From: Bacillota bacterium
GTDB taxonomy: Bacteria > Bacillota > Limnochordia > DTU087
Direction: 5' to 3'
DNA: 64,000 nucleotides
NCBI GenBank assembly: GCA_012519025.1
Contig: JAAYQZ010000086.1
Coordinates: 3,447 to 67,446 of the forward strand
A model generated the notes under the pieces. It made no database searches and was not told the DNA's origin. It saw nothing but the letters and a program-made list of their open reading frames with translations. Below, in pieces: positions 20,088-28,708 of this stretch. Position 1 is the stretch's first letter. Each line of letters starts with the position of its first letter. The translations under genes were made by a program, and so were the position numbers.

Positions 20088-20381
20088 TTGGTGCGACCGT
20101 ATGAGATGATGCTCGTTTTGCAGCCGGATTTGGAAGAAGAAGTTGCTGATGCCTTGCTGGAACGTCTATCCGGCGTGATTACCGGTGAGGGCGGCACTTT
20201 AGATAACATTGACAAATGGGGTAAAAGACGGCTGGCCTATGAAGTTAACGGGTTCACCGAAGGCTTCTATGTGGTGATCGATTTTCAAGCGGAGCCCGCT
20301 ACAGCCAGTGAGCTAGAGCGGATTGTAAAGATCGCCAATGGAGTCATTCGACATTTGTTGATTCGTAAAGATGAAGACTGA
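20088..20381 (+). CDS. rpsF: 30S ribosomal protein S6. TTG at 20088 or GTG at 20091 follows GGAGGAGG; the ORF-track start at 19980 is too long
   Basis: N-terminus (M)RPYEMMLVLQPDL is typical of S6. About 97 aa. Confidence 0.85.
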   Translation: MVRPYEMMLVLQPDLEEEVADALLERLSGVITGEGGTLDNIDKWGKRRLAYEVNGFTEGFYVVIDFQAEPATASELERIVKIANGVIRHLLIRKDED

Positions 20382-20448
20382 GATGACCGATTGGGATGTT
20401 TACAGCTAGTGACAGCTCCGCTCCGAGACATAGATAGGAGGAGCGCAA

Positions 20449-20853
20449 TTGCTCAATCGAGTTATACTGATCGGCCGTTTAGTAGCCGACCCGGAACTGA
20501 GATATACGCAGAGTGGAACTGCGGTTACCAATTTCCGTTTGGCCGTTGATCGATCATTCACCAACCAAAGCGGAGAAAGGGAAACGGATTTTATTCCTAT
20601 CGTGGTCTGGGACAGGCAAGCAGAAACCTGTGCCAACTATCTGAACAAAGGTAGATTGGTGGCAGTAGACGGCCGTATGCAGGTACGTTCCTATGATGCG
20701 CAGGATGGTTCACGGCGCTGGATTACTGAGGTTGTGGCCCAGGATGTTAGATTTCTAGACTGGGGTCAACAATCAGAACGCGGCGATGACGCTCAAGGAA
20801 CTGTCACTCCATCTTATGATGATTTTGATGATGTTCCCTTTCTGAAGGAGTGA
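20449..20853 (+). CDS. ssb: Single-stranded DNA-binding protein
   Basis: OB-fold N-terminus [18 protein letters not shown] and acidic C-terminal tail DDFDDVPF. Confidence 0.92.
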   Translation: MLNRVILIGRLVADPELRYTQSGTAVTNFRLAVDRSFTNQSGERETDFIPIVVWDRQAETCANYLNKGRLVAVDGRMQVRSYDAQDGSRRWITEVVAQDVRFLDWGQQSERGDDAQGTVTPSYDDFDDVPFLKE

Positions 20854-20858
20854 TATAC

Positions 20859-21095
20859 TTGGCCAGAGAAAGGCGAAGAGGCCGCAGAGGCAGACGCAGA
20901 GTCTGTAATTTCTGTATTGACAAAGTGACACATGTTGATTATAAAGAAGTAGGCCGACTGCGACGCTTTCTATCGGATCGGGGGAAAATTCTCCCAAGAC
21001 GAATATCGGGTAACTGTGCTCGTCATCAAAGACAGATGACAGTTGCCATTAAGCGTGCACGGCAGGTTGCTTTGCTGCCGTATTCGGCGGAATAA
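20859..21095 (+). CDS. rpsR: 30S ribosomal protein S18. TTG at 20859 sits 8 nt after GAAGGAG
   Basis: [18 protein letters not shown].. signature of S18. Confidence 0.85.
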   Translation: MARERRRGRRGRRRVCNFCIDKVTHVDYKEVGRLRRFLSDRGKILPRRISGNCARHQRQMTVAIKRARQVALLPYSAE

Positions 21096-21119
21096 CCACA
21101 ATTTAATCTGGACGTACAA

Positions 21120-21150
21120 GGGGTTAACTGCCAGGCGGTTACCCCTTTTT
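21120..21150 (+). terminator. Rho-independent terminator after rpsR
   Basis: GGGGTTAAC ... GGTTACCCC stem followed by TTTTT. Confidence 0.6.
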
Positions 21151-21214
21151 AAACATTAAGGCTGGTATCTTGGAGGGGAAGATAGGGACATAAATTTGCC
21201 AGGAGGGGTCAGGC

Positions 21215-21532
21215 ATGTCTATGCCGAAATCGGATATTGGCATTGCTCGTAATATAAAAACTATTGAATGGCTTAAAGCCGAGCTGGTGTCCGGTGTTGC
21301 AGTGTTTTTCCGAGGTCTGGTTAAAAACACCGAGGAGACCATTATCGATGGGTTGGCCAACATTATCATCACATGCTTTATTCTAGGCAACAGATTGGGT
21401 ATCAGTTTTTCAAGACTTGACATTAAGATTGAAAACAAGATCAAGGCTAATATCGAACAAGATCACGAGATCGAGCAATGGTACGGTGATTTTTCAACGT
21501 TACTGCGATATCTACAGGACAACAAGAGGTGA
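21215..21532 (+). CDS. Small MazG-like (all-alpha NTP pyrophosphohydrolase fold) family protein, putative
   Basis: 105 aa. The pattern EETIIDGLANIIITCFILGNRLGISFSRLDIKIENKIKAN resembles the MazG-like helix pair. This is a weak call. Confidence 0.35.
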   Translation: MSMPKSDIGIARNIKTIEWLKAELVSGVAVFFRGLVKNTEETIIDGLANIIITCFILGNRLGISFSRLDIKIENKIKANIEQDHEIEQWYGDFSTLLRYLQDNKR

Positions 21533-22488
21533 AAGGGATGCAAAAACCGAATTCCACCCGTTCGCTAACAGAAGGGGCCATGCTCGCTGCTCTTACAGTT
21601 TTGCTATCCCTTCTGGGAGCATACTTTATGCCATATCTTTTCTTTGTTACCCCCGTGCCCCTTATCATCCTTGTTTATCGTCACGGTATGAGACCCGGGA
21701 TCTTAGTAGCCATTACATCAGCGCTTCTGGCCGGAATCGTAATCAGCATGATTCCATCTATGATATTTTTGCTCATTATGGGGCTCGTCGGTATTGCCAT
21801 GGGTGGGGCACTTAAAGAGGGGTTTTCTCCTTATCGGATTATGTTGATAGGAGTAGCCACTTCAGTCGTGGCTTTGGTTTTAATGGTGGCCGTTACCTCA
21901 TTTGTGCTTGATATGAATGTTTTAGAAACCTCATTTGACGCCATGCGTCACTCGCTGGAACAAGCAGTGCGCATGTCTGAAAGGCTTGGAGTAGAAGAGC
22001 ACCCCTTCATGCAAATGGGTGGCATTGATGAGCTTGTAAGGTTGTTGAGATTAGCGCTGCCTGCGGCGCTCTTGACTACTGCCACAGTGATCACTTTTGT
22101 TAACTACTGGTTGGCAAGGCTAATTCTCAATCGAATTGGATCAAATTTGCCGTGGATTCAACCATTCCGCACCTGGCGTTTCCCCTGGTACTTAGCGTGG
22201 GGTTATATACTGGGACAAGGATTGCTGCTTTTGAGCCGGGGTTTTAGTGCAACCGGAATTTGGTTTGCTGTGGGGTTGAATCTGCAAATTCTATTTAATT
22301 ATGTCTTTCTTTTGCAGGGGTTGGCAATTTTATGGTTCTTTTTTGACAAAGTGAATCTGCCTAGACTAGTGCGGTGGCTGATCATAATCTTTCTATTCAA
22401 TCCCATGATCACCACATTCATTGTTTGGGCAGGTGTTTTGGATACCTGGTTTAATTTTCGCAAGCTCGGAGAGGAAGAACTTGACTAA
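21529..22488 (+). CDS. yybS: YybS-like membrane protein (DUF2232)
   Basis: 319 aa polytopic protein. Sits between rpsR and rplI, where yybS lies in B. subtilis. Confidence 0.65.
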   Translation: MKGMQKPNSTRSLTEGAMLAALTVLLSLLGAYFMPYLFFVTPVPLIILVYRHGMRPGILVAITSALLAGIVISMIPSMIFLLIMGLVGIAMGGALKEGFSPYRIMLIGVATSVVALVLMVAVTSFVLDMNVLETSFDAMRHSLEQAVRMSERLGVEEHPFMQMGGIDELVRLLRLALPAALLTTATVITFVNYWLARLILNRIGSNLPWIQPFRTWRFPWYLAWGYILGQGLLLLSRGFSATGIWFAVGLNLQILFNYVFLLQGLAILWFFFDKVNLPRLVRWLIIIFLFNPMITTFIVWAGVLDTWFNFRKLGEEELD

Positions 22489-22512
22489 GATACGTCACAA
22501 AGGAGTGGGAGC

Positions 22513-22959
22513 ATGAAGGTTATTTTGCAACAGGATGTTAAAAATTTAGGAGCACAGGGCGATGTAGTAAATGTGGCTGACGGGTATGGTCGGAATTTTC
22601 TAATCCCACGCGGGTTGGCCGTTGAGGCCACTAAGACCAACCTGAGAGCACTGCGCCATCAGCGAACGCAAGATGAACAACGCGAAATGCGAGAGCAAGG
22701 TGATGCAGAGCGCATTAAAGCGACCCTCGATGGAATGGAGCTGGCTGTTCAGGCTAAAAGCGGTGAAGGTGGTCGGCTGTTTGGTTCGGTAACCAGTGCA
22801 GATTTGGCACAAGTGATTAAAAAGGAGACTGGGGTGGAGTTGGACAGGCGCCGGATAGAGCTGGAAGAGCCAATTCGGAGCATAGGCAGCCACCACCTGG
22901 TCATTAGATTAATGCCCGGCATTACTGCGGAGTTGAAAGTTAACGTAGAAGCAGAATAG
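22513..22959 (+). CDS. rplI: 50S ribosomal protein L9
   Basis: [13 protein letters not shown]...IPRG N-terminus. 148 aa. Confidence 0.92.
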   Translation: MKVILQQDVKNLGAQGDVVNVADGYGRNFLIPRGLAVEATKTNLRALRHQRTQDEQREMREQGDAERIKATLDGMELAVQAKSGEGGRLFGSVTSADLAQVIKKETGVELDRRRIELEEPIRSIGSHHLVIRLMPGITAELKVNVEAE

Positions 22960-22998
22960 CCCTTTGATCTTTGTTGTGAACTGGGGAAGGGGATTGCT

Positions 22999-25005
22999 GT
23001 GAGGAATTTAATCGGGAGATTTATGCCGGAAACCGGTCGAAAGCTTGGATTGAAATTGTCCGGGGAAGAGCAGCTTAAACGGCAAGTGACAGCTATATAC
23101 GGATTACTGGCTAATATGATGGGGTCAGATCGCTTGGTCATGCGGGCAGGCAAACTCGATGCCCTTCATCTGATGCGTTCTGAGGATCTGCCTGAGCGAG
23201 TTCAAGGATTGCAGAAAATTGTTCTGGAAGATCCTACAATAGACGAAGTGCCGAAACTGGGGGAAATACCGGCAATCCTGGAGGAAATAGAGGATGCCTT
23301 GGCTGATCTATTGGCCAGACGCACAGTTGAGGAATCGATCGAGAAAAAAGTGGCAGAACGCATGCAGCAGCGTCACGAGGAATACATGCGGGAAGTTCGT
23401 CTGGAAATCTTAAGGGAAGAGAAGGGCCCTGATAACCCTTATACCTTGAAAAAGTATGCTGAATTGGAAAGGCTTGAACAAAATAGGCTTTCCACATCCA
23501 TTGGAGATTTTTTAAGGCCAGGCGAGCTTTCTGAGGTGATTGGCCAGGATAAAGCTATTAAAGCGATGTTTGCCAAGATAGCATCCCCTTATCCCCAGCA
23601 TGTGATTTTATATGGCCCGCCCGGGGTGGGTAAAACTACTGTGGCACGTCTTATATTGGAAGCAGCAAAAGAGCTGCCCCATACCCCCTTTGGGCAGGAG
23701 GCGCCTTTTATTGAAGTAGACGGCACTACACTGCGGTGGGATCCGAGGGAAGTTACAAATCCGCTTCTCGGTTCTGTCCATGATCCGATTTATCAAGGTG
23801 CGCGTCGAGATCTTGCAGATGGCTCTGTGCCGGAGCCTAAACCCGGCTTAGTTACAGAGGCAAGTGGTGGGGTCTTGTTTATCGATGAAATTGGGGAATT
23901 GGATTTAATGCTGCAAAATAAACTTCTCAAGGTGTTGGAGGATAAGCGGGTTAGATTTGATTCTTCTTACTACGATCCCACTGATCCCAACGTACCTAAA
24001 TATATCAAGAAACTGTTTGAAGAAGGGGCTCCGGCTGATTTCATTCTTATCGGTGCTACCACAAGGGATCCAAGCGAGATTAATCCGGCATTGCGATCCC
24101 GCTGTGCAGAAGTTTTCTTTGAGCCTCTAACTCAAAAGAATGTTCAAAGCATAGTGATGGCTGCCGCTCAGCGCTTGGATGTTCAGGTTGAGCACGAAGT
24201 TATTGAAAACATCAGTGAATATACTATTGAGGGGCGCAAGGCAACTAATATATTAGCGGATTGCTACGGTGTGGCCTTGCAGCGATATGGAAACGAAGAT
24301 ATCGGTAAAAATGCCCTTAAAATCATTCCGGCAGACCTGGAGGAAATCATTCAAACCAGCCGCTTGATTCCATTCGTGACCACCCAGGCCCATGACAGGG
24401 CAGATGTAGGTAAAATGCTGGGGTTGGGTGTAAGGGGATTTCTCGGTTCTGTGTTGGAGATCGAGGCCATAGCATTCCCGGCCAGACTAAAAGATAAAGG
24501 CACCATGAGATTCAATGAAACTGCAGGCTCTATGGCCAAAGACTCGGTATTCAATGCTGCCTCCGTTGTGAGGCAGGTGACTGGGAAAGAGCTGTCCAGC
24601 TATGATGTTCACATTAATGTGATTGGCGGAGGCAATATTGACGGCCCTTCTGCGGGCCTTGCAGTGGTGCTGGCAGTAATTTCCGCGGTGGAAGGTATAC
24701 CTATTCGCCAAGATGTTGCCGTCACCGGAGAGATCTCCTTACAGGGGAAAGTCAGGCCGGTAGGTGGTATTCAAGAGAAGATATACGGTGCCAGACAATC
24801 TAAAGTGAAAAGGGTGTTGGTGCCCGCGGATAATAAACGGGAAATCCCTCAGAGTCTTGATGAGATAGAGGTTGTTCCTGTTGAGACGGTGTGGGATGCT
24901 TGGGAGCAAGTTTTTGTGCCTCAGGAAAGTCAGGTTGCGGCCGCAAAGTATGAAGGTGATGCACAGCCCCTTCCGCCGAAAACCAGAGGCAGTTTCCGCG
25001 GTTAG
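22999..25005 (+). CDS. lonC: Lon-family ATP-dependent protease of the endospore-former-specific LonC type
   Basis: AAA+ Walker A motif LYGPPGVGKTT and a C-terminal Lon S16 domain (GPSAGLAV..TGEISLQGKVRPVGGIQEKI). No LonA N-domain; instead a long coiled N-terminal region. Confidence 0.7.
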   Translation: MRNLIGRFMPETGRKLGLKLSGEEQLKRQVTAIYGLLANMMGSDRLVMRAGKLDALHLMRSEDLPERVQGLQKIVLEDPTIDEVPKLGEIPAILEEIEDALADLLARRTVEESIEKKVAERMQQRHEEYMREVRLEILREEKGPDNPYTLKKYAELERLEQNRLSTSIGDFLRPGELSEVIGQDKAIKAMFAKIASPYPQHVILYGPPGVGKTTVARLILEAAKELPHTPFGQEAPFIEVDGTTLRWDPREVTNPLLGSVHDPIYQGARRDLADGSVPEPKPGLVTEASGGVLFIDEIGELDLMLQNKLLKVLEDKRVRFDSSYYDPTDPNVPKYIKKLFEEGAPADFILIGATTRDPSEINPALRSRCAEVFFEPLTQKNVQSIVMAAAQRLDVQVEHEVIENISEYTIEGRKATNILADCYGVALQRYGNEDIGKNALKIIPADLEEIIQTSRLIPFVTTQAHDRADVGKMLGLGVRGFLGSVLEIEAIAFPARLKDKGTMRFNETAGSMAKDSVFNAASVVRQVTGKELSSYDVHINVIGGGNIDGPSAGLAVVLAVISAVEGIPIRQDVAVTGEISLQGKVRPVGGIQEKIYGARQSKVKRVLVPADNKREIPQSLDEIEVVPVETVWDAWEQVFVPQESQVAAAKYEGDAQPLPPKTRGSFRG

Positions 25006-25019
25006 AAAGGTTTCGTTGG

Positions 25020-25955
25020 ATGGGCAAATGCAAGGAGATGAGGGTGGTGTCGAAAAATTTCAGTGGAGTCCTAAACGGTGCTACCCAAGTTTTTGGGGTG
25101 ATTGGAGATCCTATACGGCACAGCCTTTCACCTGCCATGCAAAATGCGGCTTTAAAGGCCCTTGGGCGGGACTGTGTTTACGTTCCCTTCCGGGTTGAAC
25201 CCCAAAATCTTGAGACATCTCTTGAAGGTCTAAGGGCTTTGAATGTACAGGGCATCAATGTCACCATTCCACACAAGGTAGAGGTTATGAAGTACTTGGA
25301 TAAAATTGATCCAATGGCCAGTTTTGTGGGAGCAGTTAACACCGTATTCAATACAGATGAGGGTTTAGTAGGTTACAATACCGATGGGATCGGCTTCTTG
25401 CGTTCTTTACAGGAGGAAGCCGGTAAAGAACCCCATGGACAAGCAATTACAATACTGGGTGCCGGAGGTGCGGCCCGGGCCATTGGTTTTCAATTGGCTG
25501 CATCCAACGCCAAAACCATAGTTATTGCAAACCGCACTGCGGCTAAGGCGCGGGCTTTAGCTTGTGATATTCGGGTTCATACTCATTGTGAAGTTTTCGG
25601 TGTAGGGCTGCATGAACTTGATCTCCATTTGCCCACAACTGATATACTGATCAACACTACATCCTTGGGTATGTATCCCCACGTGGAATCGTCTCCACCG
25701 GCACAGTTTGCTCTTTTGTCGTGTAAAGCCTTAGTGTGTGACATCGTTTATAATCCCGCAGAAACCCTCTTTTTAAAAAAGGCCAGGGCAGAGGGCCTGG
25801 CCACGTTAACGGGATTGGGTATGTTGGCTTACCAAGGAGCCGCTTCGTTGGAGATTTGGTTGGGCGAACAGGCCCCGGTGGACACGATGAAACTTGTTTT
25901 AGCTCGTCAGCTCGGACACAGTGATGGGGGGTTCCCCCTTGATGCTTTTGATTAA
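25020..25955 (+). CDS. aroE: Shikimate dehydrogenase. The real start may be ATG at about 25041
   Basis: GVIGDPIRHSLSP, NVTIPHK, and an NADP Rossmann motif ILGAGGAARA. Confidence 0.8.
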   Translation: MGKCKEMRVVSKNFSGVLNGATQVFGVIGDPIRHSLSPAMQNAALKALGRDCVYVPFRVEPQNLETSLEGLRALNVQGINVTIPHKVEVMKYLDKIDPMASFVGAVNTVFNTDEGLVGYNTDGIGFLRSLQEEAGKEPHGQAITILGAGGAARAIGFQLAASNAKTIVIANRTAAKARALACDIRVHTHCEVFGVGLHELDLHLPTTDILINTTSLGMYPHVESSPPAQFALLSCKALVCDIVYNPAETLFLKKARAEGLATLTGLGMLAYQGAASLEIWLGEQAPVDTMKLVLARQLGHSDGGFPLDAFD

Positions 25956-26675
25956 GTCTATTGCTGCAGTGATTTTGTGTCTGGGTCCACTTATGGCCAA
26001 ACCTACACTGCCTTCGCTGCCGCTTACGCCCCCGGCAGAAACCTGCACAGCATCTACTTCACAAAGTATGGAAAGGGCATCTACTTCTGTTACAATATGG
26101 GCGCCCACTGCGGGAACCATGCCGCACGGCATGCCAAGACTTTCATCGAAGGCGTTGATGCCGAGGGTTCGAACTGCAGCCTCGACCGAGGGGATCAACT
26201 TTTCCCTTGAGGCAGGCACTATCAGATGGCAGCCCCGAGCATAAACAGCACCAAAGGCGGCACCACAAGTTCCTCCATCGGGCGAACCTACCAAGATACC
26301 TGCCATGCCGCTTGGATCTATAGCATTGGCACCCTTGACAAATACATCGTTGCTTGTAAAATCTTTTAAGATCTGTGGCCAAGGTCTTGAACTCAATTCT
26401 CCGTTTTCGAAACAAATAGGTGTAAGCCTTGTCTCGCTGTCTGTTACTGCATATTTACCGTGGGCAATAATACCCGCCGTATAACGGTAGATATCGAGTG
26501 GTTCACCCAGGACTTCTTCTGCCACATAACCGTTAGTAATACCGGTGGCGATGATTAAGCGTCCTTCGGCACGGGCGTGCTGAACGACTGGTAGAGCCGC
26601 CACAGCTTTGCCGATCAGTCGCTTTCCTTCGGATACGGTAAGGGAAAACAAAGCCTTATGGTCATTTGTTGCCAA
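25899..26675 (-). CDS. Conserved hypothetical protein, 258 aa, glycine-rich. Its 3' end overlaps aroE convergently
   Basis: Long ORF on the minus strand with no internal stops. I cannot assign a family from the sequence. Motifs noted: GANAIDPSGMAGILVGSPDGGTCGAAFGA and VSAGGVSGSEGSVGLAISGP. Confidence 0.5.
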   Translation of the reverse strand: MATNDHKALFSLTVSEGKRLIGKAVAALPVVQHARAEGRLIIATGITNGYVAEEVLGEPLDIYRYTAGIIAHGKYAVTDSETRLTPICFENGELSSRPWPQILKDFTSNDVFVKGANAIDPSGMAGILVGSPDGGTCGAAFGAVYARGCHLIVPASREKLIPSVEAAVRTLGINAFDESLGMPCGMVPAVGAHIVTEVDALSILCEVDAVQVSAGGVSGSEGSVGLAISGPRHKITAAIDLIKSIKGEPPITVSELTS

Positions 26676-26702
26676 AAGGATTCTCCTTTCATATAAATGG
26701 GG

Positions 26703-26963
26703 TTAGTGATCTATTGACTCCAAATATTGTCCGCATATGTGGTTGCCCTGGCGTTGGGTTTGTACGATCAACTCGGTGATTTCCATCTTGAATTGCCGGA
26801 CCAATTCTTCGTCGAAAAGATTGACCTCCAGCATTTTTAAAAGTGCTCCCAGCTGTTGATTTAATTCACGTTGAGTCTCTAAAATTGCCTGCCATTGGGC
26901 TTCCAAGGTAATACTGCCTCCTATATACTTTTGGTGAAACTGATTCCACCGGCTGTTATGCAT
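26703..26963 (-). CDS. Small hypothetical protein, 86 aa, predicted helical. Immediately upstream of the 258-aa gene on the same strand
   Basis: ORF in tandem with 25899..26675. No recognisable family. Confidence 0.3.
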   Translation of the reverse strand: MHNSRWNQFHQKYIGGSITLEAQWQAILETQRELNQQLGALLKMLEVNLFDEELVRQFKMEITELIVQTQRQGNHICGQYLESIDH

Positions 26964-27126
26964 ATATTCTCCATAATTGCGGCTTAAACCTGCCTTCTTC
27001 TGCGCAAGGTAATAAGCCGATAATATAGTACATATAGTATTGAAGGGTTTTTGAATAGCTATCCAGTGGCCATTGTGACAAAGAAGGGAGAGAAGGGCCC
27101 CGGTATATCAACCAAGGCCCAATCAA

Positions 27127-28275
27127 GTGACGAAAAAACTACGAATCGGTGTCATCTTTGGCGGCCGCTCAAGCGAACATGAGGTTTCCCTAACATCGGC
27201 CGCCTGTGTGCTTGAAGCCATAGACAAAACAAAATATGAGGTTGTACCCATCGGTATTACAAAGGCAGGTCAGTGGCTGACAGGGAAGAATGTATTGAAA
27301 CTGCTTTCCCAACAGACTGATGAACCTGACAAAATTGGAGCAACAGCGGGTGCTTTAATCTCTCTTCTGCCAGAGCCCAAAGAGGGTGATTTAGTCAGAG
27401 TTGACACCCGAGAAGGACTGACCGAAAATCTCGGTGGTGGAGCTGGGCTTGATATAGTATTTCCTGTTCTTCACGGTACCTATGGTGAAGACGGGGCAAT
27501 GCAAGGTCTTTTGGAATTAGCGGATGTGCCCTATGTAGGAGCAGGTATTACTGGTTCAGCTGTGGCAATGGATAAAGCAATGGCTAAAGCTGTATTCCAA
27601 GCCGAAGGGCTTCCACAATTGCCCTATGCCGTGGTTTTGCGATCTGAATGGGAACGTGATCCTGTTTCAGTGGAGCAAACAGTCGCGGAGCTTGGGTACC
27701 CGTGTTTTGTAAAACCGGCTTCCCTTGGCTCCAGTGTTGGCATTTCTAAGGTGAAAAAACTTGACGATCTACACAAGGCTTTACAGGAAGCGGCTCGCTA
27801 CGATCGCAAGTTTGTTTTGGAAAAGGATGCAGGTAATGCCCGGGAGGTGGAGTGCAGTGTCCTTGGCAACGATGAACCTACAGCCTCGACTGTTGGAGAA
27901 GTTGTCCCATCGAGGGAATTTTACGACTACATGGCAAAATACCATGACCAATCCTCTGAGCTGATTATACCGGCAAGAATTTCATCAAAAACAATGTCTA
28001 AAATCCAGGATCTGGCGATTCGTGCTTTTAAAGCTTTAGATATGGCCGGTATGGGGCGGGTAGACTTTTTCGTGGACAAGGAAACAGAAGAAATTTATAT
28101 CAACGAAATCAACAGCATACCCGGCTTTACCCCTATCAGTATGTATCCCAAGCTCTGGGAAGCAAGTGGATTATCGTATCCCGAACTTATCGATCGACTG
28201 ATACAATTGGCATTGGCTCGCCATGAAGATAAAGGGCGAAACTTAACTTCATTTGTACCACAAGAGCATAAGTAA
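27127..28275 (+). CDS. ddl: D-alanine--D-alanine ligase, GTG start
   Basis: N-terminus KLRIGVIFGGRSSEHEVSL and an ATP-grasp core. 382 aa. Confidence 0.9.
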   Translation: MTKKLRIGVIFGGRSSEHEVSLTSAACVLEAIDKTKYEVVPIGITKAGQWLTGKNVLKLLSQQTDEPDKIGATAGALISLLPEPKEGDLVRVDTREGLTENLGGGAGLDIVFPVLHGTYGEDGAMQGLLELADVPYVGAGITGSAVAMDKAMAKAVFQAEGLPQLPYAVVLRSEWERDPVSVEQTVAELGYPCFVKPASLGSSVGISKVKKLDDLHKALQEAARYDRKFVLEKDAGNAREVECSVLGNDEPTASTVGEVVPSREFYDYMAKYHDQSSELIIPARISSKTMSKIQDLAIRAFKALDMAGMGRVDFFVDKETEEIYINEINSIPGFTPISMYPKLWEASGLSYPELIDRLIQLALARHEDKGRNLTSFVPQEHK

Positions 28276-28345
28276 CTAATATAAAAAAGCCTTTAGGCAG
28301 AAAGGACCGAGACCAATGTGGAGATCCGGTAAAAAGGAATCACGC

Positions 28346-28615
28346 ATGCGGTTTTGGGGACGACTCTTGTTGGGTACCGCTTCTTTAGGTGTTCTCGGTT
28401 GGGCATGGTTATTCTATCAAAATGTTTGGCAGGGAGCGATACCTGCCTTTGGCTCACCGGATCCACATTTAGCTGCCCTTAAGACGCTTTTGGCTAAATA
28501 CTTGGCGGCCGGTGGAGGATTGCTTTTAGTATGGTGGGCCGGATTTGTGCTGTATCGCTCATCTGATTCTTCTGTATCTCGTGAAAACAGGCGCCCGCGG
28601 CAGTTGGAATTATGA
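28346..28615 (+). CDS. Small two-TM membrane protein, hypothetical
   Basis: ATG preceded by AAAGGAA. Two hydrophobic helices. Confidence 0.3.
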   Translation: MRFWGRLLLGTASLGVLGWAWLFYQNVWQGAIPAFGSPDPHLAALKTLLAKYLAAGGGLLLVWWAGFVLYRSSDSSVSRENRRPRQLEL

Positions 28616-28708
28616 CTAGCGAGTTAATCGGGGTCAGTTTGAGGATATCTCGTTTATATACCAAAACATGATATGATAGAGGGAACAACGGGCGGGGAGT
28701 TTTTTGAT

